Below are positions 25,813 through 37,731 of a DNA stretch of 64,000 nt, in pieces; position 1 is the stretch's first letter; every line of letters starts with the position of its first letter. The stretch is from assembly GCA_951406725.2 (NCBI GenBank), contig OX597822.1:91078001-91142000 (forward strand), written 5' to 3'. A program made the translations under genes and the position numbers. This DNA comes from Octopus vulgaris. Lineage: Eukaryota. The notes beneath the pieces were generated by a model. It had not been told where the DNA came from, did no database searches, and worked only from the letters and a program-made list of their open reading frames with translations.

Positions 25813-26900
25813 CATATTTCTAGATCAGATGTTTAATTACAAATTCCTTCAGTTCATTTTGCTGGTAGGAATTAAATATTAGACTTCTCTGAGAAAATTC
25901 TTTGTGATAAAATAGTACGTTGGTGAAGGTGAAAACTAGTAGATATTTTATCAACCACAGAACTTGACTGGTTGAATATTTTATCAGTCCCAGTACTTGA
26001 GTGATATGCATTTTACCAAGTCCCATGCTCACTTGGTATGTATTTTATCCCAGTTTTGACTAAGGCATATATTCTATCAACCCAGATTTTATAAAAAATC
26101 AAAGTCAAGCAAGGTGGCTTTTGAAATCAGAATACAATGGATAGTAAATACAACCAACACCATCTATTCTGCTGTGTGCCACTTTTTCTGTAAATACATA
26201 AATACATACACAAACCCCAGCCTCTATAACAACTGTCATTTCAACACATTTCATCATAGATGGTCAGGTTTTCTATAGTGTTTTGTCAATTCCCCTGAAA
26301 GAAGCAGCACTGTCAAGTTAGCTTTCCCTGCTTCCTCCAAAGTGTTCTTCAGTCTCCTAGTTCCATACCAATGCAGCCTTCTCTTTTGCACACTATTTTT
26401 GGGGAAGCTCTTTTTTTTTTTTAAGTATAAATAAACTTAGCTCATAGTCATCATTATCATCAGTTTACATCCACTTTCCATGCTAACATAGATTGAATGA
26501 CGGCGATGTACTTGCATAGCAAGTGATTTGATCTCAGATCGTGTGCTGAACAGTTTGCGGTCTTAAAGTGACGAAAATATTTTGACAAATTAAACTTAAA
26601 TGTTGAAGTGAATCAAACGGCTTTTGTGTGTTTCTTAAATGGCTTACAAACACCTTCCACGCTGCAATAGATTGAATGAGTTATCAGAAACCATGCCCAT
26701 CTTCATTGGAGTTACTGCTCTACTTGATTCCCTATATTTTATATTTATTTATTCAAAGAGACACTTATATGAGATTTCAAAAAGTGTGTGGTGGAGTTGG
26801 GAAGAAAAGGTAGAAAGAGTAAGGGGAAAAGGAGATGACAAAAATCAGACAGAAAAATACAAAGTAAATAAAAATTATGTAGAAATTAAAAAGCACTTAC

Positions 26901-27007
26901 ATGTTATTTTCTTCCAAATTTTATTTATTAAAAGATCAAGGATGAAAAGAACTATGACAGAACAACAGCAAAATGAATAGAAATTAAGGGGTATGTTATA
27001 GAAGAAC
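26901..27007 (-). CDS. RETREG: RETREG/FAM134 exon 2
   Basis: tttgCAG...GTAAGT, 107 nt, phase 2 to 1. FFYNIPLNFYSFCCCSVIVLFILDLLINKIWKKIT (hydrophobic segment + NKIW motif). Confidence 0.88.
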
Positions 27008-28904
27008 CTGCAAATAGAAAAATAAAGTAGATCAGGGTCAGTTTTCATAAGAAATATCAAAGCATTATCAAAGATTGTCAGTGAACAAAGTAAGCTAATC
27101 TCTCAGTTTTTCTTTTAGATAAACACACCAAGCATTCATACACATCCATTTACATACAAATGTCATCACCATTTTATGTCTACTTTCCATGTCAGCATGG
27201 ATCGCAGGTCATCATGGTTAGTGTTAGTTGTTTGAGATTACTCTCCTCCTCAGCCTACCTGCTCTGAAGACCACACCTCACTTGTCTGTTTCAACTTTGG
27301 TATAATTTCTATGGCTGGATGCCCTTCCTAATATTAACCACCTTACAGAGTGTACTAAGTGCATTTTTCCATGGGGCAAGCACTGTAGAAGTTGTCATAC
27401 TGCCAAGACATCCCCAAGGGTCCTCTCAACCTTATATCTCCATTCATCCACTATTTAACAAAATGTACTGGATGCACTTTATCAGAACATCTGTACTTCT
27501 GAAGCTGCCATGTCACAGAATCTTCACAGCTCTATCTTGTGTCTATTAATTCAGGATAACATGACCATCAGAATGGGTGGGAAAGAGCAATTGCAGAAGG
27601 ACTAGTGAGAAGAAAAGAAAGAGATGCAGAAAAGGAAAAGATAGTACTAAAATAATAATAAATAGTAAAGGGAGGATGTAAAAAGAGACGTAGTAGCTGC
27701 ATTTGGTAAATGGGAAGAGTGAGTGGTGGGTAAGTGAAGGAATGGTCAGTGGTGAGAGAATTTGATGAAAGAGCAATGTTGGAGTGAGAGAGTGATGACC
27801 AACAGTATAGAAGTGGGAGGTAGTGTTAGCGAGTAAGAGAGAGCATTGGAAATGGCTAATCAGGATAGCAGGGAGAGTAAGGAATATCAAAAAAAAAAGA
27901 GTGACTAGAGAAGACAATGGTAGTGGTAGGCAACTGAGGAGTGCAAGTAGTAGAATGCTCCAGATACCAAGATATATGATGCAATCATTCCCTGATTAAG
28001 CATCATAATTCAGAAGGATATAGGAAGGAGAAAAATGTAGATGGTGGAAATGGGGGGGGGGGGATTGAGTGCAGACTGAATTAATGCTTTCCTCTCAACT
28101 TACAGGTGGCATGGTAAAGTGAATAGAAGACATAAGGAGATGTGAAGATACAGAACATGGATGGATGGATAGAAGGAGGGAGGGAGGGAGGAGGGAGTGA
28201 ATGTATATCTATATTTACACACATATATAAATATGCATGCACACATACATGTATGTATACATATACATATTCACACATACATGTATATATACACATACAT
28301 ATGTTCACATACCTGTACAAATATATACCTACACACACTTATGAAGCAAGTTTATGGCCCTAAGAACTCTGCATCAACTCCTTTGCTTTCCAAGGAGTCT
28401 TCTACTCTATTTACTAAATCAACAGAAATCACAGTTCACTGGATTGAGCACTTCTCTGAACTCCTGAACCAAGACTTATCATTGGCTCCTTAAATTCCAT
28501 GCCCTCAATAAGGTAATGACAGCAATAAGTAAATTGAATTTTGGTAGAGTACCTGGAAGGGATGGAATTTGTGCCGAGGTCTCACAATTTACAGTCTCTT
28601 CATAAACTTATTAGTATAGTCTGAAGGGATGGTGCAATGCCTAAGAACTAGAAGAATGCAATTATTCTTCCTCTCTATGGTGGCACGTAAAAAGCACCAT
28701 CCGAATCGTGGCCGATGCCAGCGCTGCCTTGACTGGCTTCCGTGCCGGTGGCACGTAAAAAGCACCAATCCGATCGTGGCCGTTGCCAGCCTCGCCTGGC
28801 ACCTGTGCAGGTGGCACGTAAAAAGCATCCACTACACTCACGGAGTGGTTGGCGTTAGGAATGGCATCCAGCTGTAGAAACACTGCCAGATCAGACTGGA
28901 GCCT

Positions 28905-29640
28905 GGAGAGCTTGGTGTGGGTAGAGTGGGAAGAAAAGAAGTTAAGGTATGAGTGTGAATTGGTGTGTTTGTAGTGGATGGAGGTAGTGAGAGTGGAGTG
29001 GTGTATGCTGACTGAAATGTCAAGAAATGTGACAGAAGTGTTGCAAATAGTGTAGGAGAATTTGAGGGCAGGATGGAAGAATTGAACAAAAGAGGGGAAG
29101 GAGTCTAATTGTTCGCAGGAGTGTGAAGTCACACTAATACAGTCATCAATATAACGACTATATAATTTGGGAGTGGGACCAGTGAATCATGAGAATATTT
29201 GAGCCTCAATGTAGCCAACAAAAGGTTCGCACAGTTGGGGTCCATTCTCGTTCCCATGGCCACTCCCAAGATCTATTGAGGGAGAGAACAAGTTTGGCCA
29301 AATGAAGAAGTTTGAAGATGTCAGGTTGGGATTGGGTCGAAAATGTAGAAAGTGTTTGAGTGCAAGAAGTCCTTCATTGCATGGGATCACCATACATAGA
29401 CTCTCAATATAAAGAGTGAAGAGAAGTTTAGAGGGATCAGGAGGAAAGGAGAAAGAGTTGAAGAAACAGAGAACATGGTTAGTGTCATAGAGAGTGGAGG
29501 GAAGCCACTAGGGGAGCACGGACATGGTCGAAGTATTTTGAGTTCAATTCTGTGGGGCAGTTACAGGCAGAGACAATAGGGCAGCCAGGGTTGTTGAGCT
29601 GGTGGATTTGGGGAAGGAAGTAAATGGTGGGGTACGTGGG
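28905..29640 (-). mobile_element. Penelope-like element RT fragment
   Basis: RYIDDCI, FLDISVSI...TTSIHYKHTNSHSYLNFFSSH; similar to 14140-14700. Confidence 0.75.
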
Positions 29641-29644
29641 GGTG

Positions 29645-32340
29645 CATCAGCCACAACTACAATCTCACTTGGCTTGATGCGTCTTCTCAAGCACGGCATA
29701 TCTGCAAAGGTCTTGGTCTCTCGTCATTGCCTCTGTGAGGCCCAATGTTCAAAGATTGTGCTTCACCATGTCTTCCTGGGTCTACCTCTTCCACAGGTTC
29801 CCTCCACTGTTAGTATGCAACACTTCTTCACACAGCTGTATTCACCCATACGCATCACATGACCATACCAGCGCAGTCACCTCTATTGCACACCACATCT
29901 GATGCTTCTTATGTCCAACTTAAACTTTGTCATGCATGCACACTGACATTATACATCCAGTAGGGCATACAAGCTTCATTTCTTACAAGCCTATGCATGT
30001 CCTCAACAGTTACAGCCCATGTTTCACTACCATGTAAGATGGCTGCTCACACACAGGCTTCATAGTCTGCCTTTCACTCTGATTGAGAAGCCCTTTATTA
30101 CCAGCAGAGGTAGGAGCTCTCTGAACTTTGCCCAGCCTATTCCTATTCTAACAGCTATGTTCTCAGAGCATCCACCCCCACTACTGACTTGGTCACCTAG
30201 ATAATAGAAGCTATGAACTACTTTTAGTTTTACCGCCTAGCATGTGATGGAATCTATTTTCTGTACATTTTTGGTGTTTACTGTAAGTGTACACCTTCCA
30301 CACACAAAAACTAACTTCCCTGTTAACCTTCCTCTGATTGCTGCACCTCTTACATGTCCAAAGCTTACACCAGGTACATCTTATGGAGTTTCTAACCACA
30401 CTTTTTCCACAGATTGAGCAGGGCCATCTACCTGAAAGAATTTGTGAATTGTCCACCTTCCAACTAATAAAGACTTTTGCTTTTGCTAGGATAACTCTAA
30501 GGTCCTTCAATTCTAGACTTTGCTTCCATACCTAAAACTTCTCTAGCTCTGGTAGTGACTCAGCTATAAGAACAAGGTTGTCAGCATAGAGGAGCTCCCA
30601 CAGGCAGCCTGTTTTAAATTCCTGTTATTGCCTGGAGGACTATGATAAACCAGAGGGGGCTGAGGACTGATCCTTGGTGAAGCCCTACTTGTACCCGGAA
30701 TTCTTAACTGTACTAATTGCCAACCCTCACTGTACTGGTAGCATCCCTGTACATGGCTTGTACAGCTCTCACCAACCACTTGCCTATCCCTAGTTAATAC
30801 ATTGACCACCAGATAAGGGATTAGGGGACCTGTGAAAGGCTTTCTCCAAGTCAACAAAAGCCAAGTGTAGGGGTTTATCTTTGGCTGTGTATTTCTCTTG
30901 CAGCTGCCTTACTAGAAATATAGCATCAGTGGTGCTTCTCCCTGGCACAAACCCAAACTGCTTCTCATCTAAACTAACTCTCTCACTACTAAGTTGGGCT
31001 ATGACCCTCTCCATGACTTTTATCACCTGATCCGGCAACTTGATACCTCTGTAATTATTTCTGTCTAAGGTGTCACCTTTACCTTTCTAGCAGTTGACTA
31101 TGGTGCTGCTACACCAGTCATTGTGTATGACTCCTGTGTGTATCACCTGGTTATCTATGTGGATGACTAGACCACAGCCAAATATTTTAAGTGTCTCAGG
31201 AGTGATTCATGATGAACAATTCCTGATGGGCTGGAAGCTTTTCCTGTCTACCAAGGTACTGTCAATTCAGATAGCTGGTTGGGTTAATATTTGGGAGATT
31301 CTCTTTTTTCCATTCATTTTCTTGATTTAGCAACCTTTCATACTGGCGTTTCCAAGTCTCTTTCTTTGCAGTATCATTAAATGCAAGTAAGCCATCAGCC
31401 ATGTGAACACATTTCTCTCCTATAACATCACAATTCTCTCTCACACACTGTCGTGCAATTCGAAACACTTCACATCTCTGTTCCTCAAATCTCTTTTCTG
31501 CTTCACCTCTGGCTAAGTAAACTTGTCTCCTAACTTCCTTTCTGGCTATTTGATACAGTTCCCTACTAGCACCACACTTCCAGTCCTGTTCCTTGCGCCT
31601 ACTGGGCCTGTCAACTACATTGTTCCACCACCATGTCACCTTAGGTCAAGAGGGGACTATGCACCAGCCAGATCTGATCAGTAACCCTCAACAGGTTGTT
31701 CTGTATGAACCTCCATTTATCCTCCTCTATTTCATCAAAAGCATCAAGTAATACATCTCTAAATCTCTGTCCATTCAGAGGATCCTTAAGCTTCCAGAAC
31801 CTTCTTTTCCATGCTGGTCACCTTCTGGGCATCCGTTTAGCCCTAATCCTGAAGTCACTAACTACTAACCTATGTTGTAGGGTGCATTCTTCACCAAGGA
31901 AAGTTTTGACATTTATAAGTATCCATCTTTCTCATTTCCTGGTGAGAATGTAATCAATCTGACTAATGTGCTCACCAGACTGGTAAGTGAACAGGTGAGT
32001 GGCAAGTTTCCTGAAGTTAGTATTACATTTGCATTACAGCACTCCAGCAACCTGGTTCCCTCTTCATTGCAGGAACCAAATCTGTTGATGGAAGATCCCT
32101 GGATGCTGTCTAACATGACCATTGAAGTCACCAGCGACAAAGAGAAGGTCCCTGTCATTCATCAACAAGGTAGTCTGCAAGAGGTTGTCATGAAATCGGT
32201 CTTTCTATTCACCAAATAGATGTAGCTGACAGGCATAGGCCAAGATAATGGTTGCAATTCCATGTTGCAGCACTAGTCTAAGAATAAGTATTCTATCACA
32301 GATTCTGACTACCTCGATTACTTTATCAACCTATTTCTCA
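29645..32340 (-). mobile_element. RTE-clade LINE, decayed (APE endonuclease + RT)
   Basis: GDFNGHV endonuclease motif (~32120); QFGFVPGRSTTDAIFLVRQLQEK...AFVDLEKAF; LLYADNLVL; WPCSIC insert. Confidence 0.88.
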
Positions 32341-32373
32341 GTAATATATACATACACACATATACATATATAT

Positions 32374-32885
32374 ATCATCATCATCATCGTTTAATGTCCG
32401 CTTTCCATGCTAGCATGGGTTGGACGAATGGCAGAGGGCTGGCGAACCAGATGGCTGCACCAGGCTTCAATCTTGATCTGGCAGAGTTTCTACAGCTGGA
32501 TGCCCTTCCTAACGCCAACCACTCCAAGAGTGTAGTGGGTGCTTTTACGTGCCACCGGCATGGGGCCAGCAGGCGGTACTGGCAACGACCTCACTCAAAT
32601 CTTTTACGCATGCCACCGGCACAGGTGCCAGTAAGGCGATGCTGGTAACGATCACACTCGAATGGTTTTTTACATGCCACCGGCACAGAGGCCAGATAGC
32701 AGCTCTGACAACGATCACGCTCAGATAGTGCTCTTTAAGGCGACGCTGGTAACGATAATGCTCGAATGGTGCTTTTAAGTGCCGCTGGCACAGAAGCCGG
32801 TTAGCCACTCTGTCAATGGTCACACTTGTACAGTGCTCTTTGCACCCTGCTAGCACAGACGCCAGTCATCGAATTTGATTTTGAT
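32374..32885 (-). mobile_element. Short retroposon family B ((GAT)n tail, internal ~45-60-bp tandem units)
   Basis: TGGCACGTAAAAAGCACCCACTACACTC...GGCATCCAGCTGTAGAAAC...GATGATGAT. Other copies at ~738-980, 1509-1690, 9848-10062, 21490-21982, 28680-28902, 33690-34250, 44620-44790, 49210-49430 and 63177-63262. Confidence 0.85.
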
Positions 32886-33117
32886 TATTGATTTATGTGT
32901 CTTATAAAACTATTCTGCACATACAATAACAGCCATACCAACAATCCAACATACCTCAATCATCAGCTGCTCCATGGATATCACTATGGTTTCGACACCA
33001 GGGCAGTACCTATCAATCTATCAGTGTCTCACACACACAAACACGCACATATATCTATAATAAAGTATTTATGTTTATATATATATAGATATACATAGAT
33101 AGACAGACAGACAGACA

Positions 33118-33566
33118 GATATTAACAGTTATCGCCAAGCTAATATGGCAGTCCATAAATATAGGATGAAAGCTGCCGTTGATTAGCTCCAATGACACAC
33201 GATTAGCTAAATGACACACGAACCGGTGTCCATTATAACCTCCGAACAGGGGAGATCAGCCGCTTCCCCTTGCTGGTTAGGCATCTGCAGACATGTTTCA
33301 GGGTATTTGCCCTTTATCAATGCAGAGTAGCCAAACCCAGCAGGCGTCGCTGCTGACCGTCTGTTTAAAGGATTATTTACTTAATTTCAGTGGAATACAT
33401 CCACTGGTTTTCAAAAATAGACCTCCCCAGTTCAACGATTATAATGGACACAGGTTTGTGTGTCATATAGCTAGCTAAAGGCAAAGGGCTCTTGGAGCTA
33501 ATCAATGGTAGCTTTCGTCCTATATTTATGGACTGCCATTTTAGCTTGTTGATAACCGTTAATATC
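33118..33566. mobile_element. Inverted-repeat mini-element with central hammerhead
   Basis: ~140-bp imperfect arms (33118-33258 / 33420-33566) around a spacer containing the 33285-33325 ribozyme. Confidence 0.8.
33285..33325 (-). ncRNA. Minimal type-I hammerhead ribozyme, U3-A8 core variant
   Basis: Minus strand reads CTGCA-TTGATAA-AGGG caaata CCCT-GAAA-CATG-TC-TGCAG: 5-bp stem I, 4-bp stem II, palindromic ACATGT helix III, GUC cleavage triplet. Confidence 0.75.
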
Positions 33567-34393
33567 CAGTACCGCTACTGTAGTCTCCTTCAGAGAGAAA
33601 TGCCAAGACAACAAAAGAATGATAGAGACTTTGATATTATTATTATGTAAATAGAGGAATGTATCTGTAAATATATGCATACCTTTCCCCAGGGTGCAAA
33701 GAGCACCATACGAGTGTGACCATTGACAGAGCGGTTAACCGGCTTCCATGCCAGTGGGACTTAAAAAGCACCATTTGAGCATGATCGTTACCAGTATCGC
33801 CTTAAATATATGCATACCTTCCCCACTTATGCATACCTTTCCTTCTTGGGACACAAAACTTTGCTTGTGAAGACCTGTTGAGGCAAGTGAAATCGAAATC
33901 GCTCAAAAATCAATGGAAATTGTAGTTGTGATACCAGTGTTGGTGGCACATAAAAAGATGCATCCGAATGTGGCCATTGCCAGTGCCGCCTTGACTGGCC
34001 TCTGTGCCGGTGGCACGTAAAATGCACCAACCAATCGTGGCCGTTGCCAGCCTCGCCTGTCACCTGTGCCAGTGGCATGTAAAAAGCACCCACTACACTC
34101 ACGGAGTGGTTGGCGTTAGGAAGGGCATCCAGCTGTAGTAACACTGCCAGATCAGACTGGGCCTGGTGCAGCCTCCTGGCTTCCCAGACCCCAGTCAAAC
34201 CGTCCAACCCGTGCTAGCATGGAAAGTGGACGTTAAACGATGATGATGACGATATGTGACAATTATTCGGTAGCCATGCTAAAACTTTATATATACATAT
34301 ATATATAACATAGGTACTTTATTATTAAAGCTTCAAAACATCACAAAAAACTGCTACACTGTGTGTCATGTTCCCATTCGTTGAACAATTGTG

Positions 34394-34435
34394 AACTGTC
34401 AGACGAATGGAAACATGAACCTCTGAGTAGCAGTT
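34394..34435 (+). ncRNA. Degenerate type-I hammerhead motif
   Basis: AACTGT-CAGACGA-ATG gaaa CAT-GAAC-CTC t GAG-TA-GCAGTT. All three stems are present, with two core substitutions. Confidence 0.55.
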
Positions 34436-34570
34436 TTTTGTGATATTTTTGTGATGTTTTGGAAGCTTTAATAATAAAACATATTACTCTACCTCCAGTA
34501 TTTGAGTACTATTTTTTCCCCACCCTGTTTCACATTTATCTGCTTATTCTGGTGTGTGTGTGTATGTGTA

Positions 34571-34611
<41 letters not shown>

Positions 34612-34691
34612 TCCCAGGTTGAGTCGGGGTTAACCACAGTGAATAAGGTACTCAATACATAGCACAGTAAAGTAATTTATTTTATAGAAGG

Positions 34692-34742
34692 AGCTTCTAC
34701 AGGACTAGAACTGTTTCATTTCGATGAAATCTTCAGGAAGCT
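34692..34742 (-). ncRNA. Type-I hammerhead ribozyme motif
   Basis: Minus strand reads AGCTTC-CTGAAGA-tttcatcgaaat-GAAA-CAG ttctagtc CTG-TA-GAAGCT: intact core, 6-bp stem I, stem III, GUA triplet. Stem II is weak. Confidence 0.7.
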
Positions 34743-37026
34743 TTCAGGAAGATTTCATCGGAATGAAACAGTTCTAGTCCTGTAAACTCCTTCTATAAAA
34801 TAATATATATATATATATATATATAAAATCAAGAAGAGCTTTCTCTGAATGTATGTGTTTACTGAAAATATCATCTTCTGGTTCAGTATTTTATTTTCTT
34901 TCTTTGACACAAGCCACACGTTTGTATTAAAAGGACTATAATCGATTGAACCAATATCTGAATATGGATGATGTTTGCCAGAACCTCTAGCTAGTCGTTT
35001 GATGTGCTAAAAATAGCAACCAATTTCTCAAGTCACACTCAAACATCTTAAGGAGACAGACCTGAGACAACGTAGTTTTAGATACATTTAAAGGCAAAAT
35101 AAGCTAAAACAAGACAGTAATATATGAAACCTTTTAATTTGATTAGAGTTGATTTATGATTAAACAACAAAAATAATAATGGGTTTAGGATAAGCATGAA
35201 TGCCATACTTTCTACAAATGTTTACGGATAATCTTTCTTATTGGCGGACTTTCGGAATAGCTATCCCGACCTTATTGGAGAAGGCAAAGGCCCAGGAATG
35301 GATGGTTGTTTTCTTTTGTGAAAGAATTTTGTTATCTAAAAAATTTAATTCCCCCCCCACACACACACACAATATGTACTCTTTTCAGGTAAATAGTACA
35401 AAAATACCTTACTTCCTAGTCTCCACCTTAAGAACAAAATCACAGGCTTTTACGCATGTGTGGAGGAAAATAAACACTATTAACGATTTCAGAACATAAT
35501 CATCAGATATACAATATCAGTAGAATTAAATCAATAACAACCATTGAGTCAAAAAGTGAGACATATTTCAAGGAGGAAGGATTAAAATTTCAAGCTGGGA
35601 GAATAAACTACATATATTGTTCAGTACTATGTTATATGGTGAAGGAATGACTATTATATATATATTTATATATACTAATGTATAGTGTAAACTCCACTCC
35701 CCCACTCACTTTCTTTTTTTCCTTTTGTGAAATGAGTTGGCCGTTTCATTAAAATGTTAGTTTTCTTGTGCGTCGTTGGATGGGGACGAATTAGGGGGGG
35801 GGGCGCTGGTTTTGAGATCAATTAAATTAATTGCTAGTTAAAAAGAATAGTTTAGCCTGGGATTTTAAGGAGCTTGTTTAGAATGGCTTTTAAGTGCAAC
35901 AAAATATCACGTCACCAGATACAAGCAACCAATCTAGCTAATTGTTAACTGACTCGTAAATAAGTAGACAAATTAGCCTGTTTTTATTATCAAATTTAAA
36001 AAAAAAAAAAAGAAAATTCATCAGTTTGTTTCATTTTTTTTTTTTTTCGGTTGCAAAATGCTCTGGACCCAGGTTAAAATAGGTACAACAAATCTAATCA
36101 GAAGAAAATGTCAAGTTAGATTTTTTTTTCTCTCTCTCTCTTCCTTCCACCCTAACTTTGAAGCTCGACTAGAAATCGTGACGAAGTGTAAACAAGATTT
36201 ATTAAGGAAAAAAAGGACTGCTTTGATAAAAACACTTGAAACAAGAAAGGAACCTGTTAAAATAGTCTCCGTTGGTAACAAACCTGTAAATGTTAATAGG
36301 GAGGAGGAGGTAAGTGAAAGATGATCTATTTTTACCGGATACTTTATGTAACAGTTTACCAACCATATTCGGAGGAAACGAAAATTCATTTATACCCTTA
36401 ACTCCGTCACATCGGAATACATTCTGCTTCATAAGATTGGAACACAAAAATAAACACAGCTTATTAAATATAAAGAAAAGAGATTTGTTAATATTCTCCG
36501 CCTCACCAAATAATATAACGATTTTTGGATAAGTTCAGTTTGTCATTAAATTTGTATTTAAACATTTGGCGTATTTATTTATTAATGGAAAGAGAGAGAG
36601 AGAGAAAAAAACAAGCAGTGATATATCTTTGTTTCTTACATCCATATAAGATATCAGATCACCTCAATAAAATGTTAAACAATAAAATGTTAAACGACCA
36701 CCGGCTATATCAAAAACGGAAATAGATTAGGGAGACAAAATTATGTTAGGAATGCTGAGAAGTAAAAAATGAGAGAGGAAGAGCGAATAGAATGTGATCA
36801 TATAGGACACACACACACACGGGAGAATATAAACGGAAATAAATATAAACAGAATCAGCTGTATAAAAATAAACATATAAACACATGAACAGAGAGATGC
36901 AGTTATTGTATTAAGAAAATGTAGTCGCTCACTAAGCTAAAGTAATGCATGGCATTAAAATACAAATACAGGTGTGGTTATGTTTAACAACAGGTATGAA
37001 AGAGAGGAGATGTGTGCAATACCTAC

Positions 37027-37172
37027 CAAAATAGAAGATGAATTAAACATAACCAAACTATAGCCCATCGCGGTTTCTCCCATATTAATAAACTCTGTAT
37101 TCTCAAAATCCATCCTTCCCATGGACTGAGAATGGCTTCCAGTAAGCCTTCTGGTTTAGTGTCAGAGTCCAT
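37027..37172 (-). CDS. RETREG: Reticulophagy regulator (RETREG/FAM134 family) exon 1
   Basis: MDSDTKPEGLLEAILSPWEGWILRIQSLLIWEKPRWAIVWLCLIHLLF(W) resembles the start of the FAM134 reticulon-homology domain (LLxWExP). GTAGGT donor, phase 2, 146 nt. Confidence 0.88.
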
Positions 37173-37261
37173 GGCACGTTCAGAGAATGAACGACGCGTC
37201 GACTGAGGAAAGAACAACACCCAAGAGGAGGCACATCATTTTCTCCCGAGCAGTTCAGATA

Positions 37262-37269
37262 TGACGTCA
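37262..37269. promoter_or_regulatory. Perfect CRE/ATF palindrome near the RETREG start
   Basis: TGACGTCA (within ATGACGTCAT) 90 nt upstream of the ATG, in a locally CpG-rich stretch (~37180-37330). Confidence 0.5.
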
Positions 37270-37731
37270 TTAAATTCGTGGTGTAATCGGCAAACATCGG
37301 CCTTTTACGGGTTTCCATTGCACCGAAAGTTGAATGTACTAGTTTGTCAACAAAAAGTTTTCTTCCTTTTTGATATTAATTAATGACACTGAATTTAGTC
37401 AGAAACTTTAATTGGAAATATTGTGCTTTTCTTGAAGATCCCTTAAAATTAGTCAAAATTAATTATTGGTGGGTGGGATTAATTCCCTTTACTTACATCA
37501 ATTAAAACTCTTCAAACACCTTTGTTAATCTATGATTTTGTACCTATTCAGAAGCTAATATTTTAGTATAATTAAAATAAACATACCAATTGGGCGAATT
37601 TTCTCATTTCAGTATTAACAAGAACTGACAGGGGAAGATATTATACATAGAAAATAGTATGACTGACTAAGCACTGTATTACACATAACAATGTGTAAAG
37701 CATGGCTTGAGACAGCGTGGAGTTAGGCATA

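Noticed and set aside
36058-36725. Cluster of short ORFs in RETREG intron 1
   Set aside because: No recognisable domains, AT-rich, and not needed for the RETREG reading frame.
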